From: a bacterium
GTDB taxonomy: Bacteria; Patescibacteriota; Patescibacteriia; Patescibacteriales; UBA12465
Length of the DNA stretch: 64,000 nucleotides
Assembly: GCA_030696105.1 (NCBI GenBank)
Contig: JAUYNJ010000001.1
Span: 134,903-198,902 of the forward strand
Direction: 5' to 3'
In this document: piece by piece, positions 56,476-64,000 of the stretch
How the letters are laid out: the number at the start of each line of letters is the position of its first letter
Numbering within the stretch: the stretch's first letter is position 1
Made by a program: the position numbers and the translations under genes
Notes under the pieces: generated by a model
Told to the model about the DNA's origin: nothing
Database searches by the model: none
Seen by the model: only the letters and a program-made list of their open reading frames with translations

Positions 56476-56829
56476 CTACAAAAAGTGTGGATAATATTCT
56501 AAGGAGGCCTTACCGTTATGTACACTAATAATAATTAAGGCGTAAGAGACAGAGAGTTCCGAAATATTCATCTGCTCACAAAAGGCTCTGTGCGCTAGTC
56601 GCAAATGAGCCTTTTGTCTTTCTGATATGATATTTGTCGCCGCTCGATTTCGTCTTGTTTTAACTTCAAACAGGCAACAGTGATCGTCTTTGCGGGCGAT
56701 GATGTCAATTTCAAATCGCTTGATGCGATAATTGCGTCTAATATTTTCCCAGCCCAAGCTATGCAAATAAAGGGCTGCCGCCGCCTCACCTCGTTTACCT
56801 AAGTCCTGACGAGCATCGGCAGTGTTCAT
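56476..56829 (-). CDS. YraN-family (UPF0102) endonuclease-like protein
   Basis: RGEAAAALYLHSLGWENIRRNYRIKRFEIDIIARKDDHCCLFEVKTRRN matches the YraN fold signature. Confidence 0.75.
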   Translation of the reverse strand: MNTADARQDLGKRGEAAAALYLHSLGWENIRRNYRIKRFEIDIIARKDDHCCLFEVKTRRNRAATNIISERQKAHLRLAHRAFCEQMNISELSVSYALIIISVHNGKASLEYYPHFL

Positions 56830-56881
56830 GATAATTTCAGATTAACTTTAACAAAAACCCCTCCAGTTGGAGGGGTTTATT

Positions 56882-57265
56882 TTAGGGAATGTATTTTTTG
56901 AATTCCTTGTCTTTTTCAATCTGCTCTTTCTTTAGTGGGATTAAGCGGTAGCTTTTTATTAATGGATATATCCAGGCGAGCATCACTAGCAGCCAGAGTA
57001 GCAACCAAAAGCGTGCCGATAAGAAAGCCGCTCTTTCGTAGTTAAAGAAGAAAAAAAAGACGCTGATTACAAGGTTGCTAAAACTGAAGGCATACATCCG
57101 GCTCCAAAACTTTTTGTATAAACCCTTTTTTCTTTGCTTAAAAGCAGTGAAGATTGTGGCTACAAGCAATAAGCCAAGAAAGCCCAAGAAAAGATTTGTA
57201 AATAGTGGCAACAGAGGTTCGGGGCGCATAGCGAACCAGAAGCGCCAAGTCAACAGGTTTTGCAT
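56882..57265 (-). CDS. small membrane protein (127 aa)
   Basis: Three hydrophobic helices. No recognisable family. Confidence 0.35.
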   Translation of the reverse strand: MQNLLTWRFWFAMRPEPLLPLFTNLFLGFLGLLLVATIFTAFKQRKKGLYKKFWSRMYAFSFSNLVISVFFFFFNYERAAFLSARFWLLLWLLVMLAWIYPLIKSYRLIPLKKEQIEKDKEFKKYIP

Positions 57266-57271
57266 AATTTT

Positions 57272-57835
57272 TTATGATTTATGAAATATTAATCCGTAAT
57301 GATAAGTTCCAGCTTCAAATTCAGTTTCAAGTACAAGACCCAGCTTTGGGGCTGCTTGTTTTAAGGCGTCTTTGCTAACGCGCTTATCACCGCTTGGGCC
57401 AAATGGGTTGTCGCTCGCTTTCCACTCAACAATTAACATCTTGCCTCCAGACTTTAGCATACGTACAGCTTCGCGCAATATCTCGACGCGTTTGCTAGAC
57501 TGGTGGATGACATTTATTAATAATACGCGGTCTAGACTTGAGCTCTCAATTTTTGTTCCTTTAAATATTTCCAGATTACTCCAGACGGTTTCAATTTGCT
57601 GCAGATTTTCCAACAAGGCTCTTTTGCGGATTTCCTCGAGCGTTGTTTTGAGGATATCGACGGCATAAAGGCGACCCCCCGCTCCGATTAACTTAGCGGT
57701 CGGAAAAACAAAGTAGCCAAAATTGCCACAACCGAGCTCAGCAACGTGATGGTTCTCGCTTATAGTTATTTTATTCAAAATACCATGAATGTCAAATAAT
57801 GTGGTATTAGTTTGTTTGTTCATATGATTCTTCAA
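57272..57835 (-). CDS. class I SAM-dependent methyltransferase
   Basis: Motif I VAELGCGNFGYF and motif post-I/II region. Confidence 0.6.
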   Translation of the reverse strand: MKNHMNKQTNTTLFDIHGILNKITISENHHVAELGCGNFGYFVFPTAKLIGAGGRLYAVDILKTTLEEIRKRALLENLQQIETVWSNLEIFKGTKIESSSLDRVLLINVIHQSSKRVEILREAVRMLKSGGKMLIVEWKASDNPFGPSGDKRVSKDALKQAAPKLGLVLETEFEAGTYHYGLIFHKS

Positions 57836-58484
57836 CTAAGATTTGGCGTTGAATAAGGCTTTCTCGGCCATATTTCTTCTTGGCGCTAATGGTAATGTTG
57901 TTTAAACCCCTTTTTAGCCTTATTTCATGAGTAAAGCTTCCATCCTCTGTGCTCATGATGCTGGTATTGTTAATACTTATTTCAGTTTCGGGGTCACTTT
58001 TACCCTTAACTTCGATTAATAAGGCATTCGTAATCAAATTTTCGCTTGGATACTCCAGGCTTAAGTCCGGCGCGAGAGTGAGACGTCTAAAATAGATTAG
58101 TAGGTATAAAAGAAAAATGCAGAATAAGCCGATTAATAGTGCATTGCGGATAATTTTGGGAAAGACGAGAAACTTATGGCGACGGAGAATTTTTTGTGAA
58201 AAGGGATTGTCGCCAGTCTTCTCTTCGGAGTAGGGGGTAAGGCGGACAAGCTTGCGGTAGTCAAGTTTAAGTAACTGACTGTATTCTTTTAGAAACTGAC
58301 GACCATATAAGCCAGAAGGTAAGCGGTCATATTCCTCATTTTCAAGAGCGGCAAGATATTCTACGCGTATGTGTAAAATTTCAGCAGCATCTTTTAGCGT
58401 CGCCTTTTTATCTTCTCGAGCGCGGCGAAGTTTTTCACCCACTCTTTCTTCGGTTGCGAGCGTTTTCAAGGTGAACAGGGACAT
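57807..58484 (-). CDS. RodZ-like HTH (XRE-type) membrane protein
   Basis: N-terminal HTH (EKLRRAREDKKATLKDAAEILHIRVEYLAALE), a central TM helix, and a C-terminal beta-rich domain. Confidence 0.5.
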   Translation of the reverse strand: MSLFTLKTLATEERVGEKLRRAREDKKATLKDAAEILHIRVEYLAALENEEYDRLPSGLYGRQFLKEYSQLLKLDYRKLVRLTPYSEEKTGDNPFSQKILRRHKFLVFPKIIRNALLIGLFCIFLLYLLIYFRRLTLAPDLSLEYPSENLITNALLIEVKGKSDPETEISINNTSIMSTEDGSFTHEIRLKRGLNNITISAKKKYGRESLIQRQILVEESYEQTN

Positions 58485-58510
58485 GGGTATATTATTAATT
58501 TCTTATAGTA

Positions 58511-58912
58511 TTAAGTGACAGTCGAGGCTGTGTAGGTGCCGTCCCAGCTTATGCCCATGGTATCTAGAACAAGGCGGATAATAACAAAACTCGCGAAGAC
58601 AATGACAAGGCCGATAGTGGCGGCAATCAGAATATTTTTAGCCTTGCCAACCTTTTCGCTGCTGCCTGAAGAAATTAAAAACATTAAACCACCATAGACA
58701 AACATGAGTAGCGCGAGTGAGCCGACAACACCTAAGATTATACGCGAAGCTCTAATGGCGAGAAGCACCATGTCATCTAAGTCATAGTTACCTTGCGCGT
58801 ACTTTGGATCTTCAGTGTTGATAATAGACTGGGCAAGAGTAGGCTCCGGAAGAGCAAGTGGAATTAAAAAGAGGGCGAGAATAAAAGCGGCGATTGATAA
58901 TTTTTTTATCAT
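58511..58912 (-). CDS. divergent TrbC/VirB2-like pilin-family protein (paralog H)
   Basis: GVVGSLALLMFVYGGLMFLISSGSSEKVGKAKN plus a second TM helix. The start is at ATG 58912 (MIKKLSIAAF), which avoids overlap with the upstream gene. Confidence 0.55.
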   Translation of the reverse strand: MIKKLSIAAFILALFLIPLALPEPTLAQSIINTEDPKYAQGNYDLDDMVLLAIRASRIILGVVGSLALLMFVYGGLMFLISSGSSEKVGKAKNILIAATIGLVIVFASFVIIRLVLDTMGISWDGTYTASTVT

Positions 58913-58916
58913 AGTA

Positions 58917-60287
58917 TTAATTAACCGTTTGCTGTACTTTGGCAGCGCCGGCATTGATAGCGTCTATAATCTTATCTAAATTTTCACTCGCAGATTTTAT
59001 CATTTCAGCAATAGCGGTCTCAGCTGCTTGCGCATTCTTTCCTTTATACCAACTTTTAGCGGTTAAAAGTTGAGAAGCAAAGACGCCGATTTCATCGTCA
59101 TTTCTCTGTTCGGAGACTAATGAGCGTAGGGCGGTTGGCTTACCGCTTATTTCTAAATACTTCTTAGCCTGCTGTTCTTTGGTTGCAAATATTACGAAAT
59201 CCCAGGCCTCATTTGGATATTTACTTTTCTTTGAAACCGTTTCAATCCAGTAGTTGGCAAAGTTTACTTCAACTGGGCTCCCTTCAATCTGTGGCAATTT
59301 GCTAACGGAAAAGTTTAATTTAGGAGACATCGCTTTAATAGTCGCGACATGATACGAATAGCCAAACATCATTGCTAGCTTGCCGCTGGCAAATAATTCA
59401 ATTGAGTTTGGTAATTCATCGTTCCAAGAATAAACTTCTTTCCCGGGATTGGCAAAATCGATATAGAAGCGTAGCGCCTCTAATCCCGGGTTATATTTAT
59501 TTTCTCTGTTTGCTTGGGGTAAGACGTGAAATAAGACACGACTTCCTTCCATCATAGTCGCACCATTTTGCATCATTAAAATAGAAAGAATGTCACTATA
59601 GCGCTCGATATTAGTGCCCCCGCCTAAAGCAATGCCGGACTGAACAAGTCCGAGAACAGCATCTTGGCGGGTTAATTTCTTTACGTTTTGCTGAAACTCT
59701 TTATTCCAGTATAAAGGGGCCTGCACAATACTAGCGTTATTAAAAAGGTCGCGGTTGTAAAATAAAGCTAAGGTGTCTACTGACAGAGGCAGGCCGTAAA
59801 CCTGATTATCACTCATAACAACATCGCCGTAGACGACGTCAATAAAGCGGTCCTTGATTTCTTTTAAGGTCGGGCTTTTAACAGTTTGTAGTTGCGGAAT
59901 AACTTCTTTTTTAATAGAGCCCTGTTCAATTGGATAAGCCATAGTGATGTTATCGGGCATCGGGGTTAATTTATTCAGGTACTTTGGCATCCAAGTGTTG
60001 TGGATTGAAAGAATGTCAGGACCGCGATCTTCGGCAAGTGCGTTTAGCAATTCAACTTCATACTCATCGTAACGGAGTTTGCGATAAGTTATATTAATAT
60101 TTGGATGAATGGTGCGGTAAGATTCAATAATAGGTGCGAGTGTATCGGGTCCGTCAAAAACACGCCAGTACGACAAGGTTATCGGCTGCATGGCTTCTTG
60201 AGTTTTTTTATCAACTGTTTTACAACCAAATCCGGTTGTGAGCACAAAAATTCCGATTAAAAATAGGGCGAGAGTTTTTTTCGGCAT
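58917..60287 (-). CDS. ABC-transporter extracellular solute-binding lipoprotein (family 1)
   Basis: Lipobox LTTGFGC. 456 aa with the typical SBP fold length. No permease or ATPase genes are adjacent in the window. Confidence 0.65.
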   Translation of the reverse strand: MPKKTLALFLIGIFVLTTGFGCKTVDKKTQEAMQPITLSYWRVFDGPDTLAPIIESYRTIHPNINITYRKLRYDEYEVELLNALAEDRGPDILSIHNTWMPKYLNKLTPMPDNITMAYPIEQGSIKKEVIPQLQTVKSPTLKEIKDRFIDVVYGDVVMSDNQVYGLPLSVDTLALFYNRDLFNNASIVQAPLYWNKEFQQNVKKLTRQDAVLGLVQSGIALGGGTNIERYSDILSILMMQNGATMMEGSRVLFHVLPQANRENKYNPGLEALRFYIDFANPGKEVYSWNDELPNSIELFASGKLAMMFGYSYHVATIKAMSPKLNFSVSKLPQIEGSPVEVNFANYWIETVSKKSKYPNEAWDFVIFATKEQQAKKYLEISGKPTALRSLVSEQRNDDEIGVFASQLLTAKSWYKGKNAQAAETAIAEMIKSASENLDKIIDAINAGAAKVQQTVN

Positions 60288-60393
60288 AAATATATCACTA
60301 AGGTAAGACGCCCTCTTTATTGATGGGGGCGATTATTGTCATTATACCAAATTATCAGCAATTAAGTAAATCGAATAAATGCACTCCGCATTA

Positions 60394-61902
60394 CTATTTA
60401 TTGTCTAATCGATAGCTAAGCGCTTCGGCAATATGTCTCGGCAGAATATTATTTTCGGAGTCTAAATCGGCGATGGTACGCGCGACCTTAAATAGCCTAT
60501 CATAGGCGCGTGCCGACAACTTTAATGAATCAGCTGCTTGAAGAGCTAAGCTTTCTGCCTCTTTATTATCTTTTTGCCAGAAGCGTAAAACTACTGAAGG
60601 CGCTCGGGCATTTAGATGTGACTGACGTCTGAGTTGTTTTTTAGTAGCACTCTCAACTGCCAATAAGGGAGGCGCCTGTGCGTCACCCGCTATGCTTGAA
60701 AGTTCCGACGGCAATAAACGAGGGACGTTTAGCTGTAAATCAAAGCGATCAAGAATGGGCCCAGATATCCTTTGACGATATCTTTGAATACTTGTCTGTG
60801 AGCAGGTACAGGCTCGTCCGTCATCACCATCATAACCACAGGGACAGGGATTCATGGCGGCGAGTAGCAAAAAGTCGGCGGGAAAGTGGAGGTGGTTATC
60901 AGCGCGACTAATCAAAATCTGGCCTTGTTCAATTGGTTGTCTTAAGGCATCAATAATTACACGAGAAAACTCCGGGAGTTCATCTAAAAATAGGGCGCCA
61001 CGATGAGCTAGTGTAATTTCGCCGGGCTTAGGGCCACGACCACCACCCAATATAGACGCTAAGGACGCATTGTGGTGCGGAGCCCGAAAAGGGGGGCGAT
61101 GGAGCTGTTTAGCAACGCGGTCGAATTCGCCGGCAACGCTATATATTTGCGCCACTTCCAACTGTCTTTGCGGACTAAGATCAGGCAATAAGGCCGCTAG
61201 AGAGTTGGCGAGTAAGCTTTTGCCACTGCCAGGCGGTCCTATCATGAGCAGATTGTGACCCCCGGCAGCTGCAATCGTTAAGGCACGCTTTGCCTGTGTC
61301 TGCCCCTTAATATGACTCCAGGGGTTAACACTTTTCATTAAGACGGGCGTAGTTTCTGGCTTGAAAGCGGGTATATTAATTTCGCCCTTTAATTTGGCAA
61401 TCGTCTGTTTCAGATTTATGACAGGAATAATTTCTATGCCAGGTACTAAGGCCGCTTCAGCGGCATTACTTACTGCTAAATAGGCCGTTTTCAGGCCGGC
61501 TCTTTTAGCAGCCAGAATAAACGGCAGCACTGAGCGTAGAGGTCGGACCTCCCCATCAAGCGATAACTCCCCGCAAAATATTGATCGTTCAAAATCGAAC
61601 TTAAAGCGATTACTAAGACATAGTATGCAAACGGCAATAGGTAAATCATAGCCTGAGCCCCTCTTTTTTAAGTGTGCCGGTGCTAAGTTAACAGTTAATT
61701 TTCTTTTAGGATACGGCAGACCACAATTAACAAGAGCGCTTTTTACCCTTTCACGGGCCTCCGATATGGCTACATCAGGCAGCCCCACTATTGCTATTTG
61801 GCCGAACTCGCCACCGGCGCTGGTGGCTTCAACTTGAATTATTTCTGCGCCCAAGCCAGAGATGGCTGCTGTGAGTATGATTTCTGACATAAATAAAACC
61901 AC
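60394..61902 (-). CDS. comM: YifB/ComM-family Mg-chelatase-like AAA+ ATPase
   Basis: N-terminal Lon-like domain, Walker A GPPGSGKS, Walker B LFLDELPEF, and a C-terminal ChlI-like region. Confidence 0.85.
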   Translation of the reverse strand: MVLFMSEIILTAAISGLGAEIIQVEATSAGGEFGQIAIVGLPDVAISEARERVKSALVNCGLPYPKRKLTVNLAPAHLKKRGSGYDLPIAVCILCLSNRFKFDFERSIFCGELSLDGEVRPLRSVLPFILAAKRAGLKTAYLAVSNAAEAALVPGIEIIPVINLKQTIAKLKGEINIPAFKPETTPVLMKSVNPWSHIKGQTQAKRALTIAAAGGHNLLMIGPPGSGKSLLANSLAALLPDLSPQRQLEVAQIYSVAGEFDRVAKQLHRPPFRAPHHNASLASILGGGRGPKPGEITLAHRGALFLDELPEFSRVIIDALRQPIEQGQILISRADNHLHFPADFLLLAAMNPCPCGYDGDDGRACTCSQTSIQRYRQRISGPILDRFDLQLNVPRLLPSELSSIAGDAQAPPLLAVESATKKQLRRQSHLNARAPSVVLRFWQKDNKEAESLALQAADSLKLSARAYDRLFKVARTIADLDSENNILPRHIAEALSYRLDNK

Positions 61903-61956
61903 TTAATATTAAGTGGCTTTATTATAACTGTTGGGTGTTAAATTTTTTTTAACATT

Positions 61957-64000
61957 TTAACTACGGAAAGCGTTAATATCATCCAGTCGAATACTTAGTA
62001 ATTGACTAACACCATCTGCTTTCATGGTGACGCCGTAGATAATGCTTGCTCGCTTCATTGAGGCGCGGTTATGAGTGATGGTGACAAACTGTGTTTTTGA
62101 TGATAGGTCATCAAGAATTTGAGCGAGGCGCTCAGAATTTGCCTCATCAAGAGCGGCGTCAACTTCATCAAGCACAACGAATGGGGAGGGATTCGCACTG
62201 ATGATGGCACAGATAAGGGCAATCGCGGTTAAGGCACGTTCACCACCAGATAACATCGAAATTGTCTGAATTTTTTTGCCTGGAGGAGTTGCTTGAATTT
62301 CGATACCGGCAAGCCCAAGAGAACTGCGCTTACGCAATAGTTTTAGGCGTTTAAAACGGTCATCTTCGCTGCTAGTAGAGGCAGCGTCAACTGTTACCCC
62401 TTCCTCATTATCTAAAGTTTCAAGTTTATCAATTTTAGCGGAGCCGCCATTGAATAGTATCTTAAAATATTCGCTGAATTTTTCAGATATAATTTTAAAT
62501 TCTTTTTCAAAGCGCTCTTTAATATTGATATCAAGCTCAGCAATTACTTTTTCAAGCGATTGAATCGCTGTGTCTAAATCAGCCGTTTGTTTTTCTAAGA
62601 AATTATAGCGTTCATTTGTTTCCGAATATTCTTTTTCGGTCTCAGGGTCGATGCCGCCAATCATTTCTAATTGATTTTTTAGTTCGTTGATGCGCTTACG
62701 TAAGCGGTCGTCGTCAAGACCGTCATCAGTTTCACTAGCGACGTATTCTTTGATTAAAGAAATTTCTAACTCATCGTCGCGGATATTATTTTCAAGATCT
62801 TCAAGTCTAGTTTCTTGTCTTGCCGCCTCTACCTTTAAGGCGTTTAATTCATTAGAGATAATGTTAAGGCCCGATTGTAGTCCTTGAATTTGCGATTGGA
62901 AGGCAAATAAACGGCGCTTTTCTTCATTCTGACGTTCATTTTCAGACTGCAACTCTGCTTGCCAGGAAGAAATCTGAGCATCAATTTCAGCTAAACGCTT
63001 ATTTAAGGCTGCCTTATCGCGATTAATCTTATCAGCGTCAAACTTCACCTGACTCTTGGCAATTTTTTCTTGGATGTCTTTTATTTCCTTGCCGAGCTGG
63101 CGCAATTTTTCATTCAGGTGACGCTGCTTGTCACTCTTTGAGGCAGTAGCTACACGACATTCATTAATTTCGTTGACTAGGCGTTGTCTGTCATTATATA
63201 GATTACCAGTCTGACTTTCAGTTAAGGCTTTTATTATTTCCTCCTCGAGGCTACTTAGCTGTTTGTTTAAAACTTCTTTTTCGTTGTTAATTTTTATAGC
63301 ATCAAACTTAACTTCGCTGCGGGCGATATTATCTTTGATTTCTTTAATTTCACGACTAGCTTGTATTTGCTGAGCTTCTAGTAGGCGACGACGCTCTTGT
63401 CTAGTTGAGAGCTCTAGGCGCAAATCATTAATTTCGGCTATTAAAGCTTGTCGGTCTTCGCTGTACTTAATAATCTCCTCCTGCAAGGTTCTAGCTTTTT
63501 CTAGCTTGGCTTCGTTTTCACCATCGATAAGAGTACGTATCTGCTTTTGAAATTCCTGCTTTGCTTCTTCAATCAAAGTTTTAATACGATCAAGATTTTC
63601 TTCATTTTTAATAGCATCAAGACGGCTTAAGAAGTTTTCGATACTTAAATTTATCTCATCACGACTGGCGACTGGTTTAGCGCTGGCTTTAATTTCACGA
63701 TTAATATTTTGTAATTCAGTATTACCTTGAGCAATCAAGCTATCAAGTTGCACTCGTTGTGAATCTAAACCGCTGACTTCACCACGTAAAGTGTCAACAT
63801 CTATTTTTGAAATCTCTTGATTAATGCTATCGAGAGCACGATTTAATTCGTCGTGTTTATTATTCAACCAAGCAACATCAAATTGACCTTGGGCTTCAAG
63901 GTTTGCTTCAAGCACAGCGTCCAGTCTCGCTAAACGCTTTAAGAGTTGATTCTTTTCTTCTTGTTTTGCCTCAGTCGCGCGCTTAATTTCCTCGCGACGG
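61957..64000 (-). CDS. smc: chromosome segregation protein SMC (C-terminal roughly 680 aa; the 5' part runs off the window end)
   Basis: Long coiled coil. ABC signature LSGGERALTAIAL and Walker B/D-loop VVLDEVDAALD. The reading frame stays open upstream of the annotated GTG through position 64000. Confidence 0.85.
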   Translation of the reverse strand, partial: RREEIKRATEAKQEEKNQLLKRLARLDAVLEANLEAQGQFDVAWLNNKHDELNRALDSINQEISKIDVDTLRGEVSGLDSQRVQLDSLIAQGNTELQNINREIKASAKPVASRDEINLSIENFLSRLDAIKNEENLDRIKTLIEEAKQEFQKQIRTLIDGENEAKLEKARTLQEEIIKYSEDRQALIAEINDLRLELSTRQERRRLLEAQQIQASREIKEIKDNIARSEVKFDAIKINNEKEVLNKQLSSLEEEIIKALTESQTGNLYNDRQRLVNEINECRVATASKSDKQRHLNEKLRQLGKEIKDIQEKIAKSQVKFDADKINRDKAALNKRLAEIDAQISSWQAELQSENERQNEEKRRLFAFQSQIQGLQSGLNIISNELNALKVEAARQETRLEDLENNIRDDELEISLIKEYVASETDDGLDDDRLRKRINELKNQLEMIGGIDPETEKEYSETNERYNFLEKQTADLDTAIQSLEKVIAELDINIKERFEKEFKIISEKFSEYFKILFNGGSAKIDKLETLDNEEGVTVDAASTSSEDDRFKRLKLLRKRSSLGLAGIEIQATPPGKKIQTISMLSGGERALTAIALICAIISANPSPFVVLDEVDAALDEANSERLAQILDDLSSKTQFVTITHNRASMKRASIIYGVTMKADGVSQLLSIRLDDINAFRS

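Noticed and set aside
1-64000. Mobile elements, integrases, transposases, rRNA genes
   Set aside because: None of the ORFs show integrase, transposase or recombinase motifs. There are no terminal inverted repeats with transposase-like cargo, and no rRNA-like conserved stretches.

Overview
The window is a gene-dense, AT-rich bacterial chromosome segment. It has small genes, many 4-bp stop/start overlaps and clear sigma70-type promoters, which is consistent with a small-genome, probably Patescibacteria/CPR-like organism (inference only). It carries the replication-initiation neighbourhood: dnaN and dnaA on the minus strand, rpmH-rnpA-yidD-yidC divergently on the plus strand, and DnaA-box-like motifs with an AT-rich element between dnaA and dnaN. 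It also carries a tmRNA next to smpB, and eight tRNAs. The protein-coding genes are mostly housekeeping: tig, nusA, H+-PPase, gdh, trxA, trxB, recQ, folD-glyA, an Elp3 homologue, a phosphohexomutase, plsC, PBP1A, lgt, ppsA, comM and part of smc. I saw no rRNA, CRISPR array, transposase or integrase. Five things stand out. (1) A roughly 1-kb ORF-free stretch at 39.49-40.46 kb, near the origin, holds eight copies of a 16-bp palindrome with consensus TGTTCYNNNNRGAACA. (2) Eight paralogous small signal-peptide/two-TM proteins share a WMTAxGNEEKV motif and look like TrbC/VirB2-like pilins. Six of them sit in tandem at 52.16-54.77 kb, next to a 3D-domain cell-wall protein. (3) A two-cysteine CsoR/CstR-family repressor lies directly upstream of trxA, and a GC palindrome is embedded in its promoter. 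(4) A 22-bp direct repeat of the tRNA-Leu 3' end brackets a 156-bp GC-rich structured segment next to ssrA. (5) A low-coding AT-rich islet at 25.7-28.7 kb, ending at tRNA-His and tRNA-Arg, carries small membrane proteins and an orphan receiver domain.
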